A stretch of 64,000 nucleotides of DNA from Octopus sinensis (taxonomy: Eukaryota), in NCBI RefSeq assembly GCF_006345805.1, contig NW_021835992.1, positions 124,001-188,000 on the forward strand, written 5' to 3'. A model generated the notes under the pieces. It did not search any database and was not told the DNA's origin. It was given only the letters and a program-made list of their open reading frames with translations. The position numbers and the translations under genes were made by a program. Positions 52,101 through 62,210 of this stretch are shown here, piece after piece. Position 1 is the stretch's first letter; every line of letters starts with the position of its first letter.

Positions 52101-52733
52101 AGGATGATTATCTTTCGTAATATAATATATCGCCGAATTCAATCCTGTCAATATATCAGTTTTCAAATATTTATTTTGAATTTTTGGAGTTGGTTTACGT
52201 GAATCCCTTGGAATCGATTCAATATTCTTAATTTGTATATTCAACTCTTCTAGACACTTTCTAAAAGTGGAAATTTCTGAGCTCTCAAGAAATTGCTTCT
52301 GATGGCAATTGCTTCCATAATTATTATCCACTCTCATTGGTTTAACCATTCCTTTGAGTTGACTGAGACTTGCACTCTTCGAGAATTTTGAATTAAACTT
52401 CTCACGGATAAGGTTCCATCCACCTCTTGGTATCCTCCCAATTCTTTGCTTCGTGGCATAAACAATCTGAGGCACCCACTCAGCTTCAGAAACACAAATA
52501 GCATCATCGATAATGGCCAAAAGGGAATGCAAGTTAGTTGGGATAGTAGGATTCCCAGCAATTGGATTGTCATGAATACTAGTCCTTGTGCTGTTATCCA
52601 GCCCCAGAGACGACACTCCTGCACTTGTTATGTTATTTTTATCCTTTTTCGCAGGAAGGCCCCTAGGATTCGATTTCCTCATATCATTAGGAACGGACAT
52701 GCACAACACCACAACAACTATTCTATCGCTTTT
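49105..52733 (-). mobile_element. Apparently intact R4/Dong-clade non-LTR retrotransposon, nest level 4
   Basis: 10-bp TSD AAAGAATCAA (49095-49104 / 52734-52743); removing it restores the hAT frame LIKRINKSKCRISIQLDESTD. Confidence 0.92.
49167..52712 (-). CDS. RT plus CCHC plus restriction-like endonuclease polyprotein (1181 aa)
   Basis: GAKEQAL, DVKKAYDSV, GILQGDSLSP, NHLLFIDDLK, RLYL..GRGL, CNHCKK..HMATQC, RRHN, KPD..IEVG..KYD; first ATG at 52700. Confidence 0.93.
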   Translation of the reverse strand: MVLCMSVPNDMRKSNPRGLPAKKDKNNITSAGVSSLGLDNSTRTSIHDNPIAGNPTIPTNLHSLLAIIDDAICVSEAEWVPQIVYATKQRIGRIPRGGWNLIREKFNSKFSKSASLSQLKGMVKPMRVDNNYGSNCHQKQFLESSEISTFRKCLEELNIQIKNIESIPRDSRKPTPKIQNKYLKTDILTGLNSAIYYITKDNHPNDINSISDILYAAQCAYLSLTMRDKAQSTWVENIEKKISKLSAELEIVKSHSNQTLPPSEKQKVMDVLCRYGYKKTKKGELSRIQILLQDLIRINNKKIEVHNSRKQFRKDNQCFELNRKRFYRDLTKKEEVTLYGFDDEECVSFWQKVWSERNGRPQSYDVVGKRTTCAEHMLPEFTEEFFGNVIKYLPDWKACGCDGIYNFFIKKMESLHGFLCHEITRIINGEYMPESWFYTGITYLIPKKDDCETPKDLRPITCMPTLYKLVTKCVNVKLADFVEAFGLISDNQLGTRKYCQGAKEQALINQCLNKEYGNGLYSAWVDVKKAYDSVDHDFLFHVLDCSGIPLWIVNFVKSVVKKWAVKLHMEGRRIGSVKLNRGILQGDSLSPLLFVMVLDPLSRILNSVFPKLEINQEDPNMLTYSTNHLLFIDDLKIFALKQDTLLKMMEAVNGFFKIVGLEMNSEKSASNLESLSCCKTIDGINGYRYLGVLEDGGSNVLKNRVMDSIFENVKKRITMLSKTKLNSVNLFRAINEYALSLYNYYIGLINIEPSEFDDIDRQIRQLLTSLRLHLKPANKERLYLNRKALGRGLSSVAFKSELMLFQFLTSLENMSTICLRRAGILRVIKMNKWHLAMIAGFLSSKYAIIDKKSITMESLKSSQIQYLQKKISSKALHSVLFKCVDEPNVDLPASSEWLSNGNNGPRSEALYCLLQDRNLFFTSADSLCNHCKKSKKTVDHMATQCGKMLNSDYLRRHNEVVKCIHLNLCRMYGLKKARRLKGHSVQSTLSTGKVEIRVDCTILTETKVEYNKPDIFVHDKVRNEINLIEVGITSQDRLKQVEVEKCHKYDLLASELSLLYSCQVKIIPVVMTWDGVVSKCFKNYMKKLSIEAGTRTYIQSVVLKRTLESMMIEHKHGMKVSGEEYASASNRYVEMACKNEDDPMNAKEDAMVESDVVVGSKRQLEVDSSSKRRRVDISELE

Positions 52734-53879
52734 AAAGAATCAATAAAAGTAAATGCAGAATAAGTATTCAATTGGACGAGTCAACTGACATTTCTAACGT
52801 CTGTCATAATTTTCATAATGTTCATGTTATTTTATAATAAATATTCGAACATGTCTAAACCTGGCCCTGACGAGGCCAAAAATTGTGCGCTAATACCAAA
52901 AAATGTTTATTTTATTTAAGGTGGTCCCCACAAAATTTTATAGTGCAAAAGTGGTCCCCAGTCTAAAAAAGGTTGAGAACCGCTTTAATACACAATGTGA
53001 AAGAAATGGACTGGAAGTGTGTTATAGAGGCGATATGCGCCTAAAGTTGAGCAGAATTAAACCCGACATAGAATATTTAGCGAGTAAACATCAATATCAA
53101 GGGTCTCACTAATAATTTTTAATAAAAATTCAATTTTTTACATTTGATTTATTATTTTATATTTTGATTTTTGAGTTATATACAAAAAACAACCAATTAA
53201 AGGACAATTCCCAAAAATTTTTAAATTGTATGTGGACAAGGGGGCGATAAAATTTCAAAGGGGGGCGATAAAATATCTAAGGGGGCGATGAACAAAAAAG
53301 GTTGAGAATGCCTGGCTTAATGAAATCACCATCACAATATGATTTTCCATTTAGTGCAAGCATTCTGCTGATTTCATAGCTTGCAGTGACTAATGCAGTA
53401 CTTCTATTATGATTTTTGTGAAATGATTTTTTAACGCAGATAAATTTTTTCGCAATTCATTTAGCTTTGAAACACGTATTGGACCTTCTTGGTTAATAAG
53501 CAACTTAATACCTTCGAAATAATTTTATGATAAATGATTAGATTGATAATGCCCCTTAGGTTGTATTCTTTCGGTATAGCGATAAACTTGTTACATATCA
53601 AACAATATATTTTTCCATCAACCATTGTGCAAAAATAGAGAAGTTCCCATTTATCTTTTAACATTCTCCGTTCATCTTTCAAGCACCGTTTCTTTTTTAT
53701 TCCAGTAGAAGCACGTGACATTAACAAACACGATTTAAAAATACAATTAAAAAATTTAATTAAATGTAAAAAAATAAAAAATAATTTTTTGCATTTTATA
53801 TCCATTAAATCAGACCGCACGCACTTATGTTTGGCAAAGTACACTGAGGGCCGCATGTTTGACACCCCTGTCTTAAAAA

Positions 53880-53995
53880 AACCCCTAACTCTAATCCCAA
53901 CGTATACCTGGCGTCTAGCCCAAAACTTAGCTTCCACCCTAAACTGACTTTTATCTCCAAACCTAATCTAAACCCTAATCCTAACCCTTAATACT
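53880..53995. repeat. Degenerate CCCTAA-like (telomere-like) repeats
   Basis: CCCTAA CTCTAA TCCCAA ... CCCTAAA ... CCTAATCTAAACCCTAATCCTAACCCTTA. Confidence 0.45.
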
Positions 53996-53999
53996 TAAA

Positions 54000-56900
54000 A
54001 AGTTTTAATACTTAAAAAGTTAATGAAAATTTTAATTTTGAATAAATTTTTATAGAGTTTAAGTTATTTCTTAATTGTTTTAAGTCTTGAGATGTGTACA
54101 TTTGGTACAATCTCACCATTTTCTCCTTCTAAAAAATACTGATCGTTTTTCACACTGATGATCTTGTGTTTGCTGAAATCAATTCCGTCATATAACGGAT
54201 ATCTTGGCCGATTGGTGTCATTATCTGTACGTAGAAGTACAAGATCGCCTTCTGATGGCCTATCCTCATCGTTTTTCCATTTTCTTTTTTTATTCATTTT
54301 TATACCGACAATGTTTTTGAAAGCTTCCTTCCTTTCTCTTTTTCTCAAGTTCGTCATCACTGTCATTTTCCAAATCCTCTTTTTCTGTATCATCACTAGG
54401 GCAATTTAAGTTAAAAAAGTTAAAATATATGAAAATGTGTATTTTGGCTTAAAAGTAAAAATAAAGTATTTTTTAAATGAAATAGTTACTTATTAAAGAA
54501 AAAAATAAAGTTAAAAAGTTAAAAAAATTTTTTTTATAAAGTTAAAAATTTTAACTTTATTTAAAATAGCGCGTGGGTGTTTAGTATGCCAAGAACTGCA
54601 AAAACAATGTATTTTAAGGCAAAAAAAATTGTTATTGAATATCCGCTGGAGTTTTTATTACGAGAGAATGGCGAGTTGCAATGTCAACTTTGCTTATGCA
54701 CAGTCAGGTGTGAGAAAAAGCATTTTGTGAATTCTCACCGAGAATCGAAGAAGCACTCAAATTTATTAAGTTTTTACAAATTAATATAATTTTTAGAGAA
54801 TAATTTCTATCAGCCTTGTTTGGACGAGTTACCCAATGATGACTGGTCAATGCAAGTCACTAAAGCATTTATTCAATGCGATATACCCTTGCATAAATTG
54901 ACTATGCCTCCTCTAAAGAATTTATTCAAGAATACTTCTTTGCCTCTTCCTTCCCAATACAAAGCAAGAATGTGCGTTAAACAATTGAAAACTGAATATA
55001 TTGTATTATTTCAAGAAAAGTTTAGGTTTATGAATATATAATTTTTTAGAAATCAACTTGTATTCGCCATAAGTGACGAGGTCACTATTCGTAGTCAAAA
55101 ATTTGTTGCAGTTTTAATGGGGATACTTAAAAATCCCGATAAAACTTATTTGATTTCTTTCGTAAAAATTGATAAAACTTCTACCAAAGAAACAATTATT
55201 CAAATTGTTGACGATACGATTAAATGCGTTTTAATTGAAAGACAAAATTTCCTTCTCCTAATAACAGATTCCGCTAAATATATGCTAGCAGGTTTTAATT
55301 TAACATATAATTCCTATATGCTAGCAGGTTTTAATTTAACATAGCTGGAAAAGTTCTTAAGCTTTTATATCCAAGGTTATTTCACGTAACTTGTGTTGCT
55401 CATCTGATGCATAATTGTTCAATGAAAATCAGGACTATTTATCCTGAAATTGATTCTCTTATTGCATCAATTCAAGCGGCAATAACAAAAAATAACAAGA
55501 GAAAACGACTATTTAATGAAATTGGAATTCCACCTCATGTAGTTTTAACTAGATGGGGTACTTGGCTAACTGCTGCATTTTATTATGCAAAAAATTTAAT
55601 ACATGTGATAAACATTTTCAAAACAATTCCTGATGATGGAATCATTGTTCAGGCTGCAAAAAATAGCCTAAGAGATGAATCTCTAGTAAAAAGCTTAAGT
55701 TCTATTGTTATAAATTATTCGACAATTCCAGGTAAAACTAGTTTAATAATAGCAGAATTATTGTGCAAATTTGAAAGTTCTCACTCCTCAATAGAGTTAG
55801 CTTACAATGAGCTAAAGAATTTAAAATTTGACGACGAATCAGATATAATTGAAAAATATTTGAATGAACGATTACAAAAAAATGATTTATGTCAAATTAT
55901 AAGAATGACAAATTCATCAATTTCTCCTGAAGAATATTGTATGCTTTTAAAGTGTCAGCCTTCATCCTCTTCCATAGAACGATGCTTCTCTCAAATTAAA
56001 AACTTTATGAGGGATAACAGAAATTTTAATATTGAAAATATAGAGAATTATGTTATATGTTTGTATAATAAATGATTCTTAAGTTAAAATTTGTTAGGTT
56101 AAAATTTTTGTTTTATAGGTTAAAATTTGGTTATTTTTAGATTAAAAAGTTAAAATTTTTAGGTTAAAAAATCGAAGTTTTTAGGTTAAAAAAAAATTGC
56201 CCTAATCATCACTGTTATGCCCCATAAGCTCTTTTCGATGTGTTTCACTAACTAAATTGCAATTCTTGATTCCCATAAACAGAAAGAAAGGTATCTGCCT
56301 TGTCGTCGAGTGAATAGTGTAATTATAATCCTCGACAATATCATTGATAATATTGACATAACGTCTTAAACAATTTTTGATTCACTGGTAGAGGAAATCC
56401 AACCTTTTACACTCTTATTAAATCTAAAATTAATTAATGCAGAAAACACCTTTCTATTTGTCCCTGAACCCAAGGGGCCCGTGGTCTTCCAAATATGTGT
56501 GAAATATTATACTTCTCGCATAGTTCTTCCAATACCCATGAATATGAGTCGTTCAACGATGAATAACGTCGTAAATCGACTAAGTCTGCAATATATCGGT
56601 CACGTGGTCTGCTCGCAATGATGGGTTTGATCTCTGGTTTGGTGCTCACTAATCGTTTTGACTAATTTTAAATAAAGAAACATACTTGACAGAGGGTACA
56701 TCTACCGATAGTCTCTGTAATCTCTATCCTTCTCAAATTATAATACTTGCATCTTAGCTTGCTATACAGCCTGTCCCTCCCAAAGTGATTTTTATTGTGC
56801 TCGGCCTAATGAAATAACACTTTTCAATAAACCTTAATGCATTTCATTTTTAGCTAATGGTCCTCCACACAAAAGAAACGCTTGAGAACATCATCAACGA

Positions 56901-57100
56901 GAATGTAAGTAATTTCATCCTTAAAGACAATTGATCTGGCTATTCTCTTAAGCCGCATTCGCTGGAACTTGCTCTTGTTATCGAAGACACTCAAATCGTC
57001 TTCATTGGACTTGAATTCTTTGATAATTTCCAATTCTTCCCTAGAAAGTGTCACCTGACGCATTAAATCACGCAGCTTTAAATTTAATTATTTTATCAGT
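54000..57100 (-). mobile_element. Second Ginger/TDD-like integrase element, split by the 54397-56204 hAT
   Basis: IIASRPRDRYIADLVDL, GRPRAPWVQGQIER; C-terminus EGDLVLLR..RYPLY homologous to 20017-20370; ends not resolved. Confidence 0.65.
54397..56204 (+). mobile_element. hAT (CGGBP1/Ac-like) with a transposase that is intact after splicing (54586-56075)
   Basis: TIR TAGGGCAATTT; TSD ATCATCAC (54389-54396 / 56205-56212); CQLC..H..H finger, SDE, TDS, CVAH, TRWGT, SIERCFS. Confidence 0.93.
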
Positions 57101-57852
57101 ATGTAAATAACAAAAAGATACAATAAAAACTAATCATGTCGAAATTAAATAAAAAAATGTCGGAATCTATCAGTATGTAATAATATTAAAATAAATTAGT
57201 AAAGTGCCCAGTGGGGTTTTGATAATTTCCAAATTTGGAAATTATTGATGAAAAATTTACTAAAAAATAAAATCGCCCCAAAAAGCGACGGTGCCCGAAG
57301 GCAGGCTTTTTGTTGGGACGGGGTTCGACTGTACTATGGATATGGAAATAAAATTGATTACTATTTTCAATAAATAATGATTTTGACTTTTTTCATTAAT
57401 GATGTTAATTTTTTTGACAATACGATTGTATAATTTAAGATGTCATGTTATTTTATTCTTTTGTATTGTTTTCTCACATTAACACAATTAGGTAACAAAA
57501 TAGCCTATATTTACCAACTTGTAATTCTACTGATTGAATAAAAAAGAATTGGGTTACCATCGATAAGGAAGTGTCTGAGCCACAACGAACCCTTAGTATG
57601 ACTCACAGAGTAAGAGCGTTAAAATTGCCTTAATATAAAACTTTCCATTTTTCGAATTACATAAGTGAGTTGTTATCGAATTAGTTGAGTAAGAATCACC
57701 TTTGTCTGTCATAACCGGACAGCAGTATGAGTGACTGAAATGCAATACGCCTCGTCGTTTCTTAGCAATATTATATCACTACAATGGGCCAGCAATTAGT
57801 TCCCCTCGAATTGATTTGAAAATATTAACAAAAATAAAAATCAATGTAAAAT

Positions 57853-58279
57853 CTACAATAAGGTGACACTGGCAACATTGGACGTGCTTGAAGAGGAAAG
57901 AAATCCTCCGTCCAAAGGGTCATTGCAGTGCTCGATGAGTGCCTTTTCAAGGATGACCGAATCCTCCTTATAGCGCTGAGTCTCCTCAAAGGCAAATTCA
58001 TATCTCCAACCAATCTTGGTCCCGCACCCGCGACAGAAGGCGTCCTGGACCAAGTGAGGGCCGGTCAGCATGACTTGGTGTTTAGTCTATATGACATTGA
58101 GGACATGGCTGTACATCACCAAATCGGAGGTTGACCACTTTTTTGAACAAGTAGGCCTGCCCGGAGCCTCCCGTGAACCTGCGGGACTGAATGTCCTCGC
58201 GATTCGCGAAGGGGACGTGGCATTTCTTGCACTGGTAGAAACTAGTGCCGTTTGGGTGAATGAAATATTTAATTCCCAT
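57853..58279 (-). CDS. YPEL5: Yippee-like protein, YPEL5 type
   Basis: [23 protein letters not shown]|28-nt intron|[36 protein letters not shown]. Confidence 0.92.
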
Positions 58280-59179
58280 ATTAATAATGACGCACGAATA
58301 ACTACAAAATCTGTTCGACAAAATCACAATAATCAGTAGGAATAAACTATTTATGATATAAGTAAAACATATTTATTACATTTATTTGTGTTCTGGCTCC
58401 ACGGTAAGACCAACCGTTGTAGGAGAAACAGCTATGACAAAAAAAACGCAAAAAATAAAGGACACGTTCGGCTTCTCAGTTTTGTATGCCAACTTTGAGT
58501 TGTGTGTGCTTTCACTGAGACCTTCTGATTCAATATTTACGTCATTGAGGTTAAAGCGGCGTTTGATGTTTTCACAGCGTACTTGAATTTACTAGATTGA
58601 CTGACAACGGCATCGGCAATGACGAGTCAAAAGTTTTCCCACTCGGCCTTTGAGGGTAGACGGCGGTGATAGACTAAACCAGATGTAACAACTGTCAAGG
58701 GAAGGTTCCTGAATGAATATGACTTGCTTCGATGCTTTTTGATGTCTTTCAAGAGTTCCTTGATTAAAGTCAATTATTTAATAAATACGGCAATGATATT
58801 CTTGAAGCATTTGTTGGTGAATTTAAAGGGTCCAAATATTGTCTTCAGAGATTTAAGTCAAAACATAATCTGAAATACACAACTTTATGTGGTGAAAGAT
58901 ACTCACAAACACTTCCATGTTACCGTCTTTGAAATTTTTACTGAGAAAATTGTAAAATTTGGAAAAAACGTATTAAGCTGCTCCGAAGCTGTTTTAGATA
59001 CGAATAACACACCTTCCAAATTATTTGTAAAAAATGCTCAAATTTGTTTTAGTTTTAATAAGTCTGAGAAACAAATTACCTTTAATTTATGCTGTAGTTA
59101 TCCTGAAAGAAAATTAAAATCATTAATATTCGACAAATTTCAAAATCCCCATCGTCTATAAAAATTCGAAAGTTCTAAA

Positions 59180-59385
59180 TTTTGTTTTTACAAATTCTAA
59201 TAAATATTGGTCTGCTGACGGTTATTTTGGAAGCATCAGACTTTTCTTTTAGTTTCTATTTAAAAAGCTTTAACATTTATTACAGCTCCATTGATAATGA
59301 ATATTGTGGAATAAGCCAACGCAATGTTACTCTTGTCGGTTATGGAGTAGAAAGGAATGAATGCCTCATTAAGAACAATTGACAG
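59180..59385 (+). pseudogene. Papain-family (cathepsin L-like) C-terminal remnant
   Basis: LEASDFSFSFY..IYY..C..VTLVGYG..LIKN; catalytic His and SWG missing. Confidence 0.5.
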
Positions 59386-59437
59386 ATTTTAACATAAAAA
59401 AGAGTGACAAACAAAAATAAGAATCAAAAAGAAAACA

Positions 59438-61364
59438 TCAACTACCATGAAGATCTTTAAGCCTACTGATCTCATCCGCAGTGATCAGCCTGAATAAGGG
59501 AACAGCCTCGCCAAGTTGATGTCCTTTTCTCAAAAGAGGACGGAAATGAGTGGGGGCACACAAAGTGGAAATATCATCGGGGAGGTTGAGTTGACGAGCC
59601 AAACTGGCTGCTGACTGGGGAATGAAGGGAAAGATGAGATAAGCCAACAAACAGGCCAAATTGCACATGAGTGATGTACAGTTATATGCCTCACTCCTAC
59701 TCAATTATTGGCAATCAGTAGACTTGGTTGAACTGGTCTTTACTTTAACCCACGGCTGTTGTGACTGGATAAAAGCATTGCCGAGACGGGAAATGGACAG
59801 GACATCGTAAATGGAAGCCACAAACCTGATAATAGAGACACACATACTTGCAATTGTTCATATTAGTGTGATAACTCTCCACCAAAGGACCAATCTGAGC
59901 TAAAAGTTCAGCCATCTCCTCTGCGACCACCACACTGCCCACAACCGAGTCAAAGAACTTGTTGCAAAACACAATAGCCCTACACATGTTCAAAACTAGG
60001 GACCGGTTGATAAAATTGCCAAGATTGTTGACCAAATGACTGTTAATACACGTCAACATATCATCCCAGTGGAATGTGGAGTCCTAATGTTACAAAAGTG
60101 GTAAAACATGTCCTTCGGGGCGATTGATGAGGAGGTAGAATCTCCAATAATCGGAAGGAATCCCCGAATTTTTTATATCCAAGCCAAAAACTCCGATTCC
60201 CCGTGACTTGGAAAACTTGGTGGTCTCGTAGTTTAAATATTCAGTGGCACTAATGCGAGACACGAGCGTGTAGTCCTCTCCTGTGCCCAGAAGGGAGGAA
60301 GGGAAGACCACCGAGTGGAAAGGCACGTTATCTTTAGCCATGAAATTGGTCAGTTGGACATGTGCTGGATTCTTCCACCACAATTGCCAATCAGGACAGT
60401 AATTGGCTGTGATCGAAATGTAGCCGATTGGGGCGTCAAACCAAACGTAAAAAACTTTGTCTGTGAAGCCTTCTAAGGGGATGGGAGTCCCCCATGTGAG
60501 GTCTCGGCTTATACAACGACTTTTGAGTCCTTCCTTTATCCAGGCGGCCGAGATGGCGACTGCGTTGGCACTCCACAGCCCTTTGGAGGTGGCCATCCAC
60601 TCTTCTAGTTGTGGTTGTAACTAAAAATTAGAAAAATGACAAACTGAGGACAAATCTAGAAATAAGTGATTAGAACTGCGGATTATTGGACTGGCACTAC
60701 AATTCTTGCATTTGGGGGATATCAGTTCAGTGGCCTTGATTAGTCGGCCACATGAATCACATTGGTCCCCTCGAGCGTCATTATATTGACAGTTCGGACA
60801 CTGTCCCTCGACATATCGATCAGCAAGGAACATGTTGCATGTTGTGCAGTACAGTTGATCGACCCACTGGGAGGAAATATAGCCATTCTGATTGAGTTGT
60901 GAGAATATTTGTTGAGTAATTCTAAAATGGATAAAAGCACTGTACTCTGTTTGCAAGGGAGTGGTTGTCCTTCCGAAAATGTCAAAACTGATGTCAATCC
61001 AGTCGTACACTTCTGAGTGGAGTTTGTGGTATTTTTCACATATTTGGGAGGGGGAGAGTCCTTCCTGACGAGCCTTGGTCTCGGTGGCTGTTCCGTACTC
61101 GTCTGTGCCACAAATAAAGAGAGTGGGGTAGTCACTCATGCGGCAATATCTTGGATGTGGATTTTGGTCTACCTTGCGTACATATCAGCACTGAGGACAC
61201 ACCCCACGATGTTGCCGAGGTGGGGAATGTTGTTGACGTAGGGAAGGGCACTGCATATTAATTTGTTGGGTGTGTCTGGCTGGGGAAGGCTGCAGTGCTT
61301 ATACACGTCTATACATTGGCTTTTCTCTAATAGTTCTCTTTTTGTAAAATATTTGCTCCAACAT
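59438..61364 (-). CDS. MARS1: Cytosolic methionyl-tRNA synthetase (catalytic core only)
   Basis: [14 protein letters not shown] (HIGH), CGTDEYGT, Zn knuckles, [16 protein letters not shown] (KMSKS), NNLGNFINR; several 24-25 nt introns. Confidence 0.95.
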
Positions 61365-62042
61365 CGCCCACACGTGCAGTAATTATAACAATTTTTTATT
61401 ATATATTAAAACATCTACTTTCTACAATTGGCGGCCATGTAAATGCAGGGAATCTTATTAGACCATTATTAAACATTTAGTTGGTGTCCTTGTATGAGCG
61501 TATGGATCGTTTAGGATAGTCAACTTATTGAGTACGGAAAGGATATATTCGCCACGAATGTCGGCCGGTTGAGACCGGAGCCAGAGCGGATGCTTGGCAT
61601 TTAGGTCGCCGCATAGCAGCAAGTCCTTCAGTCCGCCGAGTTTCAATAAGTTGGGTGTGTATTTTGAGATAAAAGAGGTCGTCGAGCTTTGCGGTGGGAC
61701 ATATACATTGCATAATGTAAAATGTCTTGAGGGTGAGAGAGGAACTTCTATGGAGATTTGTTCAAGGATAGGATCGTCTTGGCACAGGGAGGAAATGAAT
61801 GTTGTAACGTCGGTGAACACAAGCCCATCCTTGACAATTGTCAATAGTCCTCCACCAAGACATCTCGTCCGGTCCTTTCGCAGTACACTGTAGCCAGGGA
61901 ACCGAGGTGTTGGGGATGACGCGGAGAGTTTAGACTCCTGGATGAGGGCAATGTCCACTTTTAATCGGGATAGAAGGGAGCGTAGCTCCAGGACCTTGCT
62001 TCGTACTCCATTGATATTCAGTTGTAGGATAGTCAGAGAATC

Positions 62043-62066
62043 GGGCCCCGGATTCAGTTCCACGTC
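62043..62066 (-). other. 2A-like motif (FLHLAGDVELNPGP)
   Basis: DxExNPG/P consensus immediately before APE (LTILQLNING). Confidence 0.9.
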
Positions 62067-62144
62067 GCCAGCCAGATGTAGGAAAGAGAAAGGGAAGTTG
62101 GAAGGCAACCCCTCCCAAAATCGTGAAGGGGGGGAGAAGGTAGA

Positions 62145-62210
62145 ACGGTTCTTTTTCATGCAGAATATGCACTGGGCGCCACCACAACAACAGGTGAACC
62201 GCATGCCGCC
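62145..62210 (-). ncRNA. Candidate HDV-like pseudoknot at the 5' end of LINE B
   Basis: P1 GGCGGC/GGCGCC (one mismatch), P2 GCGGTTC/GAACCGT, P3 ACC/GGT, P4 TGCA/TGCA; no obvious catalytic C in J4/2. Confidence 0.4.

Larger units (their letters stand above)
48419..52985 (+). mobile_element. Inner hAT (Buster-like, internally deleted), nest level 3
   Basis: TIR CAGCGGTTCTCAACC (terminal base differs at right end); TSD TAATACAC (48411-48418 / 52986-52993); BED finger CMICHK..LRRH. Confidence 0.95.
47205..53314 (+). mobile_element. Middle hAT (Buster-like), nest level 2
   Basis: TIR CAGG(TG/CA)TTCTCAACC; TSD GCTTAATG (47197-47204 / 53315-53322); PLSNDSIRRRI, LQLDES, CATDGA, HCILH, RWLSKG, ESGFS. 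Confidence 0.95.
45752..53870 (-). mobile_element. Outer hAT (GTF2IRD2/SPIN-like transposase), nest level 1
   Basis: TIR CAGGGGTGTCAAAC; TSD TCTTAAAA (45744-45751 / 53871-53878); transposase 5' part near 53330-53730 and 3' part 45913-47204. Confidence 0.95.

Noticed and set aside
57700-57760. Hammerhead-like motif
   Set aside because: Lacks the exact CUGAnGA core and flanking stems
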